From contig JABHGE010000030.1 in assembly GCA_018672235.1 (NCBI GenBank), positions 1-27,610 on the forward strand: a DNA stretch of 27,610 nucleotides, given 5' to 3'. Positions 18,160 to 27,020 of the stretch are shown piece by piece (the first letter of the stretch is position 1; every line of letters starts with the position of its first letter). A program made the translations under genes and the position numbers. The notes beneath the pieces are model-generated. The model made no database searches and had not been told where the DNA came from. It saw only the letters and a program-made list of their open reading frames with translations. This DNA comes from Fidelibacterota bacterium. Lineage in GTDB: Bacteria > Fidelibacterota > Marinisomatia > Marinisomatales > Marinisomataceae.

Positions 18160-19167
18160 TTAACTACAGGTAGTTTCAATCAATATTGAACAAGCCTGAT
18201 ATGGATCCATATTAGAAGATGGTCGTCGATCTTCAAGATACCCATATCCATCATTAGAAGTTTGCATTGGTATTCTAATAGACGCACCACGATCGCTTAC
18301 ACCGTAGCTAAATTCAGAAATTGATTGTGTTTCATGGTCGCCTGTCAATCTTTCCTCGTTATGAGCGCCATAAACGGCAATATGTTCATCATGTTTTTTG
18401 CTAAGCTTTTCACAGGCATCTTCGATAACCTTTAGGCCGTCTTTTTCTCGCATAGACTGAGTACTAAAATTTATATGCGCTCCCGCTCCATTCCAATCAC
18501 CTTTTACAGGCTTTGGGTGCAATGTTGCGCTTACTCCATAGTCTTCAGATATTCTATAAAGCAACCACCTTGAAACCCACATCTGATCTGCTACCTCTAA
18601 CGGTCCAAGTGGTCCAATTTGATATTCCCATTGGCCTGGCATTACTTCGGCATTAATCCCAGATAATTCTAGTCCGGCCTCAAGACATAAATCCAAGTGA
18701 TCTTCAACAATTTCACGGCCAAATGCTTCATCTGCACCTACTCCACAATAAAAAGGTCCTTGTGGTGCTGGATAACCACCTTCAGGCCAACCAAGAGGAT
18801 TGCGGCCTTCAAAAAATGTATATTCTTGCTCTATTCCAAACCATATATTTTCTTTAGAAAATTTTTCTTCTATTTCTCTTAAATGTGCTCTAGTATTTGA
18901 AGCATGTACTGAGCCATCTGCGTTCATTACCTCACACATAACAAGAATATTTTCTTTCCCACGAATCGGATCTTTGCATAACCATACTGGCTTTAGTAGA
19001 CAGTCGCTAAAGTTACCTTCTGCTTGATTAGTGCTAGAACCATCAAATCCCCATTCTGGTAATTCTGAAACGGAAGATATTTTTTTATTAAGGATTTTTG
19101 TTTTTGAGCGAAGTTTTTGTGTAGGTTGATGCCCGTCCATCCATATATATTCTGCCATTACTTTCAT
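18160..19167 (-). CDS. glnII: Glutamine synthetase type II (eukaryote-like GSII)
   Basis: 335 aa; YIWMDG, WGFDGSSTNQA, PQGPFYCGVG, GINAEVMPGQWEYQIGP, GDWNGAG, RLTGDHET, RGASIRIP and YLEDRRP; AGGAG SD. Confidence 0.93.
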   Translation of the reverse strand: MKVMAEYIWMDGHQPTQKLRSKTKILNKKISSVSELPEWGFDGSSTNQAEGNFSDCLLKPVWLCKDPIRGKENILVMCEVMNADGSVHASNTRAHLREIEEKFSKENIWFGIEQEYTFFEGRNPLGWPEGGYPAPQGPFYCGVGADEAFGREIVEDHLDLCLEAGLELSGINAEVMPGQWEYQIGPLGPLEVADQMWVSRWLLYRISEDYGVSATLHPKPVKGDWNGAGAHINFSTQSMREKDGLKVIEDACEKLSKKHDEHIAVYGAHNEERLTGDHETQSISEFSYGVSDRGASIRIPMQTSNDGYGYLEDRRPSSNMDPYQACSILIETTCS

Positions 19168-19223
19168 TTTATTCTCCTGTATAAATAGTTTTTTATCAAA
19201 TGAATATCTATTAAATTAATGAA

Positions 19224-19661
19224 ATGAATAATAAAAAAGTAAGTTTAAATGACATTTTAGAAAGAATATCAAAAATTGAAGCTCGGCTCGAAGAAATTGC
19301 CCCAATATCGAAGAGAAAATTACCTTCAAAAAAAGAACAAATAGAACAAATTCAATCAGAAATTCACGTTTGGTCTCAAAAATTTCCATCAACTGACATA
19401 GAATTTGAACTTGCTAAAATGTTAGATTGGCTGAAAGCCACTAATAAAAGAAAAAAAGATTATAGGGCATTCTTTCGTAATTGGCTGAGAAAAAGTACAA
19501 ATAGCGTAGGCAATGAGCCAACTATATCACATTCATATATTTATAGTTGTGCTAATGATAAAGCAGAATGCGTTGATGAAATATCTAACTTTAAAGATAT
19601 GTCATACTATTGTACTGAATGCAACACTATAAAGAAAATTATTAAAGTAACAAAAAGCTAA
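19224..19661 (+). CDS. Hypothetical protein: N-terminal coiled coil, helical motif resembling DnaT/phage replication proteins, C-terminal four-Cys cluster
   Basis: 145-aa ORF filling the gap between glnII and rplI; protein-like composition; W50...W69...W87 helical pattern; C109, C116, C130, C133. Functional call is by eye only. Confidence 0.75.
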   Translation: MNNKKVSLNDILERISKIEARLEEIAPISKRKLPSKKEQIEQIQSEIHVWSQKFPSTDIEFELAKMLDWLKATNKRKKDYRAFFRNWLRKSTNSVGNEPTISHSYIYSCANDKAECVDEISNFKDMSYYCTECNTIKKIIKVTKS

Positions 19662-20104
19662 TCTTCTTTTTCAATAGTCATTTTAAAACTACCTGAAATA
19701 TCAGCAGTAAATTTGATATGAATTTCATGTTCACCTAATGTTTTAATAGGCGAAGATAAATCAATATATTTTTTATCAAATACAACGTCATTTTCAACTA
19801 ACAGTTTCTCAATGTCTAATTTTGTAACTGACCCAAATAGCTTATTGCCATCTTCTGATTTCATTTTTACTGTAATATTTAAATCTGCAACTTTCTTAAG
19901 CAGGTCTAATAACACATCTTTTTGTCGTTCAATCTTACGATCTTCTTGATTACGCTTTTGTTCTGCGTGTTTTAATTGTGGTTTAGAAAATGTAATAGCT
20001 AATTTTTGTGGGATAAGAAAATTTCTTCCAAACCCAGGCTTTACATCAACTACATCGCCTTCGTTACCAACGTTATCTACATCTTGTATAAGTATTAGTT
20101 TCAT
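19658..20104 (-). CDS. rplI: 50S ribosomal protein L9
   Basis: MKLILIQDV, GDVVDVKPGFGRNFLIP, KLFGSVT and IKTLG motifs. Confidence 0.97.
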   Translation of the reverse strand: MKLILIQDVDNVGNEGDVVDVKPGFGRNFLIPQKLAITFSKPQLKHAEQKRNQEDRKIERQKDVLLDLLKKVADLNITVKMKSEDGNKLFGSVTKLDIEKLLVENDVVFDKKYIDLSSPIKTLGEHEIHIKFTADISGSFKMTIEKED

Positions 20105-20107
20105 TGT

Positions 20108-20332
20108 TTAGTCCCTATCTATAGCTGCAAAAGGAAGCAATGCAATATTTCTTGCTCTCTTGATTGCTGTTACTAGTTTTCTGTGCATCTTACTACTGGT
20201 ACCAGTTACTCTTCGTGGAGTAATTTTACCTTGGTCGTTAATAAACTTATTTAAAAGCTTAGTATCTTTATAGTCAATTTCATGGATGTTATTTCGTTTA
20301 AAATAACAAGATTTCTTTCTGCTAGACAACAT
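20108..20332 (-). CDS. rpsR: 30S ribosomal protein S18 (zinc-ribbon-lacking form)
   Basis: [15 protein letters not shown] and AIKRAR..ALLPF motifs; only one Cys. Confidence 0.97.
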   Translation of the reverse strand: MLSSRKKSCYFKRNNIHEIDYKDTKLLNKFINDQGKITPRRVTGTSSKMHRKLVTAIKRARNIALLPFAAIDRD

Positions 20333-20701
20333 CTAATTTTCCTCTTCTTTCTTCTCTTCTACTTTGACAGGAGCTTCTTCAGCCGGAGCTTCTTCAGCCG
20401 GGGTTACAGGCTTCTCATCAAGTTTGATAATAATATACTTTAACACCTCTTTGTGCAAATTAAGGAATACCTTAAACTCGTTTACAAAGTCTGAATTCTT
20501 AAACTCTGTATTGAGTAAAATATAATTCCCATATTTATGCTTATTCACAGGATATGCTAACTGTTTTTTTTCCCAAAAATTATGGTCAACTACTGCATGT
20601 TTTTTAGATTCAATATGCTTGCTTACTTCACCAATAATTTCAGATACTTGATCATTGCTATGGTTTGGGTTTACAACATATAATATTTCATAATAATTCA
20701 T
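20333..20701 (-). CDS. rpsF: 30S ribosomal protein S6
   Basis: YEILYVVNP, WEKKQLAYPV and GNY motifs; acidic tail; GGAG SD; precedes rpsR-rplI. Confidence 0.93.
   Translation of the reverse strand: MNYYEILYVVNPNHSNDQVSEIIGEVSKHIESKKHAVVDHNFWEKKQLAYPVNKHKYGNYILLNTEFKNSDFVNEFKVFLNLHKEVLKYIIIKLDEKPVTPAEEAPAEEAPVKVEEKKEEEN
20370..20399. repeat. Perfect 15-bp tandem duplication (GGAGCTTCTTCAGCC x2) in the rpsF tail, encoding the PAEEA repeat
   Basis: Read directly at 20370-20384 and 20385-20399. Confidence 0.9.
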
Positions 20702-20713
20702 ATAATTTCTCCG

Positions 20714-22759
20714 TTAGATAAGGGGTGCGATCACTAATGATACAACCGATATCAGCTTAATTAAAATATTTAAAGATGGTCCTGCAGTATCCTTGAATGG
20801 GTCTCCTACAGTATCACCTACCACAGCAGCTTTATGTGCTGTACTTCCTTTTCCGCCATGTGCTCCAGATTCAATATACTTCTTGGCATTGTCCCATGAA
20901 CCTCCAGCGTTAGACATAAAGATGGCTAATAGAACTCCTGTGACGGTCACCCCAGCTAATATACCGCCTAACATTTCTTTTTGTCCTAATACTAGTCCAA
21001 AAAAGATAGGGGTACAGATTGCTAGTGCTCCAGGAAGAACCATTTTATTGATAGCCGCGGTAGTAGCAATATCTACGCACTTTGCATAGTCAGCTTTTAC
21101 GCCAGGCTTACCAGCTAGAAGACCTGGAATATCTCTAAACTGTCTTCTTACTTCTTCAATCATTTCAAAAGCTGCGTCCCCAACTGCTTGCATTGCAAGC
21201 GCTGAAAATACAAAAGGAAGGGAAGCTCCGATAAACAATCCAGCCATAATAGTTGGATCGCTGATATCTAAAACTAACCCTCCAACAGTTTCTCTAAATG
21301 CTGCAAACAGGGCTAATGATGTAAGCGCCGCAGAACCAATTGCAAAGCCTTTACCAATAGCTGCTGTAGTATTTCCTACTGCATCTAGTTTATCTGTTCT
21401 TTCTCTTACTTCTTTTGGTAATTCAGCCATTTCAGCGATACCGCCAGCATTATCTGCAATCGGACCATATGCATCTACTGCTAGTTGAATTCCAATGGTG
21501 GATAGCATTCCTAGTGCAGCTAAAGCAATACCATAAAGGTTTGCAAAATGATAAGATCCCATAATTGCTCCTGCAATTACTAGCACTGGCAATGCTGTTG
21601 AAAACATACCATTTGCTAAGCCAGAAATAATATTTGTGGCTGCTCCTGTTTCACTCGCCTCTGCTATTGCTCTTGAAGGCTTTTGGTGATCTGAGGTATA
21701 ATATTCTGTTAATAAACCAATTGCTATACCAGATACAAGCCCTACTATGGTTGCAAAAAATAAATCACTTGCGCCCACTGCAGTATTGCCTATTCCTAGG
21801 TTTACTGATTCAGTAACAAATTTACTAATAAGAAAATAACTCACCACTGCCATTGCAGCTCCTGAACCAAAAACTCCGATATTAAGTGCAGTTTGTGGAT
21901 TTCCGCCCTCTTTTGTCTTTACAAAAAATGTACCTAATATAGATACGCCAATTCCTGCTGCGGCTAAAAATAAGGGTAAAAATACTAGCTCTGTAGAACC
22001 TGCGGCTGCTGCTAATACCATTGCACCAATCATAGATCCAACATAAGATTCAAATAAGTCTGCTCCCATTCCAGCAACATCTCCAACGTTATCACCAACG
22101 TTATCTGCAATAGTTGCAGGATTTCTAGGGTCATCTTCGGGTATTCCGGCTTCTACCTTACCAACTAAATCTGCTCCAACATCTGCAGCTTTTGTATAAA
22201 TTCCTCCACCTACCCTTGCAAACAAGGCAATTGATGATGCTCCCATTGCAAAACCAGAAACTTTGGTCATTACATTGCTTAAATCTGTACTCATTAAGCT
22301 GTCACTATAGATATAGAATAATCCTGACAGTCCTAGAATCCCTAGGCCTACTACATTCATTCCCATTACTACTCCACCGCTAAATGCAACATTTAGTGCT
22401 GAGCTTAAGCTTGTTCTCGCTGCTTCTGTTGTTCTGTGATTGGCCAAGGTTGCTACGCGCATTCCTAAAGCTCCTGCTAAAGCACTACAAGCTGCTCCTA
22501 CAACAAAAGAAAATGCTACTTCCGTCGTATCGCTGGCCATATTTACCCAGTACAATAGCCCGGCTACTATAAAAACAAACACTGCTAGAACTTTATACTC
22601 TCTAACAATAAATGCTGTTGCGCCTTCACGAATGGCTAGCCCAATTTCTTGCATTTTTTCATTACCTGGATTCTGTTTATTAATCCAGCTACTTTTCATT
22701 AGGCCAAATAAGATGGCTATAACACCAGATACTGGTATTAAGTAAAATAGATTTTCCAC
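20714..22759 (-). CDS. hppA: Membrane-integral K+-dependent, probably Na+-translocating pyrophosphatase
   Basis: [53 protein letters not shown] and [14 protein letters not shown] start overlapping the pth stop; GGAG SD. Confidence 0.96.
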   Translation of the reverse strand: MENLFYLIPVSGVIAILFGLMKSSWINKQNPGNEKMQEIGLAIREGATAFIVREYKVLAVFVFIVAGLLYWVNMASDTTEVAFSFVVGAACSALAGALGMRVATLANHRTTEAARTSLSSALNVAFSGGVVMGMNVVGLGILGLSGLFYIYSDSLMSTDLSNVMTKVSGFAMGASSIALFARVGGGIYTKAADVGADLVGKVEAGIPEDDPRNPATIADNVGDNVGDVAGMGADLFESYVGSMIGAMVLAAAAGSTELVFLPLFLAAAGIGVSILGTFFVKTKEGGNPQTALNIGVFGSGAAMAVVSYFLISKFVTESVNLGIGNTAVGASDLFFATIVGLVSGIAIGLLTEYYTSDHQKPSRAIAEASETGAATNIISGLANGMFSTALPVLVIAGAIMGSYHFANLYGIALAALGMLSTIGIQLAVDAYGPIADNAGGIAEMAELPKEVRERTDKLDAVGNTTAAIGKGFAIGSAALTSLALFAAFRETVGGLVLDISDPTIMAGLFIGASLPFVFSALAMQAVGDAAFEMIEEVRRQFRDIPGLLAGKPGVKADYAKCVDIATTAAINKMVLPGALAICTPIFFGLVLGQKEMLGGILAGVTVTGVLLAIFMSNAGGSWDNAKKYIESGAHGGKGSTAHKAAVVGDTVGDPFKDTAGPSLNILIKLISVVSLVIAPLI

Positions 22760-23328
22760 TATGCTACTCCTATATTTTGTTTATTAAAATTATTCATTGT
22801 TTCATTAGCTCCTTTATTTAGTATTGAAAGCATAGCCTCATTTGTTGTAACTAAGACTTCCTCTACTAAAGGGTGAAATTTTTTATTAAATGGTTTTAGT
22901 ACATATTTTTCTGAAGGCCTTCTATAATCTGAGGCAGCAATACCAATTTTTAATCTGGTAATTTGATCTGTTGAGAGAGCTTGAATAATTGATTTCATCC
23001 CATTGTGACAACCATCGCCACCATCTGTTTTAATGCGAATTTCACCTAAAGGCAAATCTACGTCATCAAAAACTACAACAAGATCTTTTATATCAGCTTT
23101 ATAGAAATTTAGCACTTCACGAATGATTGAGCCGCTATTATTCATACCTGTCGTTGGTTTAACCAATAAAAATTCACTACCTTTTTTTGCAAAAATATAA
23201 TTTCCTTTCCCTGGCTTGAAATCCACATCGTGGGCTTCTGCAAATTTATCCATCATCCAAAAGCCTACATTATGCTTAGTAGAAAGATATTTTGATTCGC
23301 TATTACCCAGTCCAACAAAAACCATCAT
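22759..23328 (-). CDS. pth: Peptidyl-tRNA hydrolase
   Basis: [34 protein letters not shown] and YVL motifs. Confidence 0.96.
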   Translation of the reverse strand: MMVFVGLGNSESKYLSTKHNVGFWMMDKFAEAHDVDFKPGKGNYIFAKKGSEFLLVKPTTGMNNSGSIIREVLNFYKADIKDLVVVFDDVDLPLGEIRIKTDGGDGCHNGMKSIIQALSTDQITRLKIGIAASDYRRPSEKYVLKPFNKKFHPLVEEVLVTTNEAMLSILNKGANETMNNFNKQNIGVA

Positions 23329-23999
23329 TACTTATTATCTCCATCTAACTCATTGTTTGATTCCGAAGAGCTATCATCTGATGATTCTTCATTGCTATCT
23401 TCTCCGTCAGAATCTTCTTCATCTATGTCGATATCAACTTCTTCTTTTTCTTCCTTAGGCTCTTGTACAGACATTACCGCAATATCTTCTACTGTAATCA
23501 TTTCTACATCTTCAGGTAATGAAATATCCTTAACAAAAAGATTTGTATTCATTGCCATGTCTGTTACATCAATTTCTAGAAATTCTGGAATTTCAGAAGG
23601 CTTACATTTAATAGTAACTGCATTAAGTAGTTGTACTAAAATTCCACCTAATTTTACGCCCTGAGATTCTCCAATGCTTCTTACGGCAACTTCTAGTGAT
23701 ATCTTTTCATCTTCTCTTACTTTCTGAAAATCTACGTGCATAACTTCATCCGTTACAGGATGATATTGCACTTCCTTCAAGAGAACAAATTGTGATTTCT
23801 TCTCTACGATGATTTCAAAAATCATTTGTCCTGTTTTCAAGGCTTTATTAAAACTTTTTTTATCCATCGCTAAAGGAGTTGCTTCTACTCCAGAATGATA
23901 TAAAATAGCTGGTACACGATCGCGCAATCTAGTTCTTCTAGCTGCTGATGTACCTTGTTCTTTACGAATATCTACTTCTAATTTTTCAAATTTGCTCAT
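23328..23999 (-). CDS. rplY: 50S ribosomal protein L25/CTC (long form)
   Basis: RVPAILY, KEVQYHPV, HVDF, GVKLGG and IPEFLEIDV motifs; long acidic tail. Confidence 0.95.
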   Translation of the reverse strand: MSKFEKLEVDIRKEQGTSAARRTRLRDRVPAILYHSGVEATPLAMDKKSFNKALKTGQMIFEIIVEKKSQFVLLKEVQYHPVTDEVMHVDFQKVREDEKISLEVAVRSIGESQGVKLGGILVQLLNAVTIKCKPSEIPEFLEIDVTDMAMNTNLFVKDISLPEDVEMITVEDIAVMSVQEPKEEKEEVDIDIDEEDSDGEDSNEESSDDSSSESNNELDGDNK

Positions 24000-24958
24000 G
24001 TTACTTTCCCAAATAGTTGACTTACTGATTCACCTTTATGAATTCTATTAATTGTGTCTGCAAATATTTTTGCTGAAGACACAATTGTTAGTTTTTCAAA
24101 TTTTTTATTTTCTGGTATATATACCGTATCAGATAAAAATACTTTATCAATATCTTTATTAGATAATCTTTCAATTGCTTCACCTGATAAAATTCCATGC
24201 GTAGCAGCAACAGTGACTGAAACTGCACCTTTTTCTTTTGCTACCTTTGCAGCATTACAAATAGTGCCTGCTGTATCAATCATATCATCAACAATTAAGA
24301 CATGTCTATCCTCTAGATTACCTACTAGATGTGCTACTTCAGAGTTATTGTGCCCACTTCTTCTCTTATCAATTAGAGCAAAACCAATCCCTAGTTTTTT
24401 AGCATAAGCTTGACCTAGTTTGTTAGAGCCCATATCAGGGGATAACACTACACACTTATCTTCATTTTTCATATTATAAATATAAGCTGTTAGTTCATCG
24501 ATCAATACTAAGCTTCCATATAAATTATCAATCGGGATACTAGCAAATCCTTGTATTTGTGTAGAGTGTAGATCCATAGTAATAATTCTATCTGCTCCAG
24601 CTTGCGTAAAAATATCCATCATTACTTTAGCAGATATAGGAACCCTCGGTTCGTCTTTTCTGTCTTGTCTAGAATATCCAAAGTAAGGGATAACTACATT
24701 AATTTTTTCTGCACTTGCGCGCTTAGCAGCATCAATTAATAATGCTAATTCAATAATATGATCTGCTGGAGCATTAGTGCTTTGCACGATATAAATATCA
24801 TTACCGCGTAGATTTTCATTATACTTTACCCACAATTCACCGTCACTAAATGTTTCAACTACAAGGTCACCAACTGGTAAGTTGGCTTGCTCTGCAATTT
24901 TAGCAGTTAGCTCGCGGTTACTTGTCCCGGAAAATATTTTTTGTATATATTGTCCCAT
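23996..24958 (-). CDS. prs: Ribose-phosphate pyrophosphokinase
   Basis: FSDGE, PYFGYSRQDRK, DLHS, SPD, DKRR, VDDMIDTAGT and ATHG motifs. Confidence 0.97.
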   Translation of the reverse strand: MGQYIQKIFSGTSNRELTAKIAEQANLPVGDLVVETFSDGELWVKYNENLRGNDIYIVQSTNAPADHIIELALLIDAAKRASAEKINVVIPYFGYSRQDRKDEPRVPISAKVMMDIFTQAGADRIITMDLHSTQIQGFASIPIDNLYGSLVLIDELTAYIYNMKNEDKCVVLSPDMGSNKLGQAYAKKLGIGFALIDKRRSGHNNSEVAHLVGNLEDRHVLIVDDMIDTAGTICNAAKVAKEKGAVSVTVAATHGILSGEAIERLSNKDIDKVFLSDTVYIPENKKFEKLTIVSSAKIFADTINRIHKGESVSQLFGKVT

Positions 24959-24968
24959 AATTTTTTTG

Positions 24969-25040
24969 TTGGGGAGCAGGGACTCGAACCCCGACTGCCT
25001 GGACCAAAACCAGGTGTCCTGCCAATTAGACGACCCCCCA
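24969..25040 (-). tRNA. tRNA-Gln(UUG), CCA not encoded
   Basis: Reverse complement TGGGGGGTCGTCTAATTGGCAGGACACCTGGTTTTGGTCCAGGCAGTCGGGGTTCGAGTCCCTGCTCCCCAA: acceptor stem TGGGGGG/CTCCCCA, anticodon stem CCTGG/CCAGG around TT-TTG-GT, T loop TTCGAGT. Sits in the conserved ispE-tRNA-Gln-prs position. Confidence 0.96.
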
Positions 25041-25042
25041 AA

Positions 25043-25882
25043 TTAAATTTTCGGATTCGCTATAATTGTAGAATAATGGGGACTGAAAAAAGACTGCGCT
25101 TTTTGCGCTTTATGTTTGTCTGAGAATATTCCAAACACAGTCGAACCACTACCCGACAAACTGGCGTATTTTGCACCTAAATCCAAAATCTCTAATTTGA
25201 TTTTGCCAATTTCTGGATGTGTCTTAAAAACATACATCTCAAAATCATTGTAAAATAACTCAGAGCTAAATTTATTAAGTTGAAGCTCTTCCAACATTTG
25301 CGACAACTTAACGTGCGTTTTTCCTTTTACCAAATACTTTTTTATAAACATAAATGCCTCCGCAGTTTGCACTTTTATTTTCGGCATTACGAGTAAAATA
25401 TATTGATCCTTAAGGGAGTGCTTTATTGGGGTTAATACTTCCCCCTTTCCTTCTCCGCCTTGCAAGCCTCCATTTATAAAAAAAGTTGAATCTGCGCTAA
25501 TTTTTTCTGCTAGCTCTTTCATTTTTTCTTCTTCAATATTTAAAGTGCATAATTTATTGATTGCTTTTAAAATAGCGGTTCCATTACTAGACCCCCCTCC
25601 CATGCCAGCATTCGTTGGTATATTTTTATGTAAGCTAATTTTAAAGTGAGGTATATGAGGGCAATGATCTTTGAGAATCTCTACTGCTTTTATGCATGTG
25701 TTATTAACGGGACTTAACCAATCTACATTAGTGTTAAAGCTTGTAGTTTTAGACTCTTCGATTGTGATTTTGTCACAGAAATTAACTTCTTGGAAAATGG
25801 TGACAATATTGTGAAACCCATCCTCTCTTTGGTCGAGCACGTGTAGTCCGAAGTTTATTTTTGCATAAGAATTAATTTTCAT
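25043..25882 (-). CDS. ispE: 4-diphosphocytidyl-2-C-methyl-D-erythritol kinase
   Basis: AKINFGL, REDGFH, KNIPTNAGMGGGSSN, GKGE, NDFE and SLSGSGSTVF GHMP-kinase motifs. Confidence 0.96.
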   Translation of the reverse strand: MKINSYAKINFGLHVLDQREDGFHNIVTIFQEVNFCDKITIEESKTTSFNTNVDWLSPVNNTCIKAVEILKDHCPHIPHFKISLHKNIPTNAGMGGGSSNGTAILKAINKLCTLNIEEEKMKELAEKISADSTFFINGGLQGGEGKGEVLTPIKHSLKDQYILLVMPKIKVQTAEAFMFIKKYLVKGKTHVKLSQMLEELQLNKFSSELFYNDFEMYVFKTHPEIGKIKLEILDLGAKYASLSGSGSTVFGIFSDKHKAQKAQSFFSPHYSTIIANPKI

Positions 25883-27014
25883 AATGAAGAGTTACAATGG
25901 CTTCACAGCCCCATCCATTAGACATGTCTAAAAATCTTAAGCTATTTGTTGTAGTTGCTTTGATTGAAATAATATCTTCATTAACTCCTAAAACCTTGGC
26001 AAGTGAAGATTTAATATCTTTTTTATGGGGAGAAAGTTTTGGAGTGTTTAAGACAACTGAAATATCTATCATTCCTATGGTAATATTTTGAGGTACTTTT
26101 TCCAAAATCTTTTTTAGCAATTCTGTGCTTGGAATATTTAAATATTCAGGGTTATTTGGAAAATGCTCTCCTATATCTCCTAAATTGAGCGCTCCCAGCA
26201 GTGCATCTATTACTGCGTGGGTTAAAACATCCCCATCAGAGTGCGCATCTGAAGCTAATGAACATTTAATTTTATGACCACCCACAACTAGATACTCTCC
26301 ATCAATAAGAGAATGGAAATCAATTCCTATCCCCATTTTAGTATTCTTACATAGGATCCCTTTTATAATATCTAAGTCTTCTATTTGTGTAATTTTAATA
26401 TTTTGAGACCTATTATGAATTGCCTTTATCTTATGGCCAAAATGTTCTAATAAGCTTGCCTCATCCGTAAATGATTGTTTTTCTTTTCCCCCTATATTTT
26501 TATAGCAAGACTGTAATACATCTAAATTAAAAGCTTGTGGCGTTTCTGCTAACCATAAATTGCTTCTATCTATAGTAAATTCTATGTTGTCATCTTTAAT
26601 TTTTTTCAACGTATCAGAAATTGGATGTGCTAATATAGCTCCATCATATTCCTTGCAAGCATCTGCTAATTCTTCGATATGTTTATTTTGAATTAATGGG
26701 CGTGCAGCATCATGTATGAAAACGAGCTTATTGTCATCATCTAATTTTTGAATAGCGCTATACACGGAGTCGGCTCTTGTTTCTCCTCCTTCGCACAATA
26801 TGATAGATTTATTGGACTGATAAGTAGATAAATCTTTCTCAACTTGAGCTAATAAATCATTCGGGAGTACCAAATAAATAATATCTACTAAGATAGATTC
26901 ATTAAAGACATCAAGGCTGTGTTGATAAACTGGCTTATTATTTAAGACAACAGTTTGTTTGTAACTACCAAACCTATTTCCTGCCCCTCCAGCAACTATT
27001 ACTCCAGCATTCAT
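25872..27014 (-). CDS. ispDF: Bifunctional IspD/IspF (MEP cytidylyltransferase / MEcPP synthase)
   Basis: IspD half: AGGAGNRF..KQ, GGETR, HDAARP, ETPQAF, TDEA, NIKIT. IspF half: GIGIDFH, HSDGDVLTHAVIDALLGA, GDIGEHFP, KATT. Confidence 0.95.
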   Translation of the reverse strand: MNAGVIVAGGAGNRFGSYKQTVVLNNKPVYQHSLDVFNESILVDIIYLVLPNDLLAQVEKDLSTYQSNKSIILCEGGETRADSVYSAIQKLDDDNKLVFIHDAARPLIQNKHIEELADACKEYDGAILAHPISDTLKKIKDDNIEFTIDRSNLWLAETPQAFNLDVLQSCYKNIGGKEKQSFTDEASLLEHFGHKIKAIHNRSQNIKITQIEDLDIIKGILCKNTKMGIGIDFHSLIDGEYLVVGGHKIKCSLASDAHSDGDVLTHAVIDALLGALNLGDIGEHFPNNPEYLNIPSTELLKKILEKVPQNITIGMIDISVVLNTPKLSPHKKDIKSSLAKVLGVNEDIISIKATTTNSLRFLDMSNGWGCEAIVTLHYEN

Positions 27015-27020
27015 AAGCTA

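Noticed and set aside
19224..19661. Prophage remnant around the orphan gene
   Set aside because: No integrase, att-like repeats, other phage genes or compositional shift; both flanks are tightly packed core genes.
20702..20740. Possible S6:S18 autoregulatory leader upstream of rpsF
   Set aside because: There are only 12 intergenic nt, and I could not build the conserved stem with a CCG-containing loop. An Rfam covariance search would be needed.
24941..25123. 60-aa plus-strand ORF
   Set aside because: It is the antisense reading of tRNA-Gln and the ends of prs and ispE.
756..26091. Many 60-125 aa alternative-frame and antisense ORFs in the track (e.g. 756-1073, 4740-5027, 6502-6822, 9751-10122, 13506-13841, 20793-21089, 22440-22745, 23353-23664, 24054-24407)
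   Set aside because: They lie within well-supported conserved genes, mostly as antisense shadows of the coding frame, and have no recognisable motifs or start signals.
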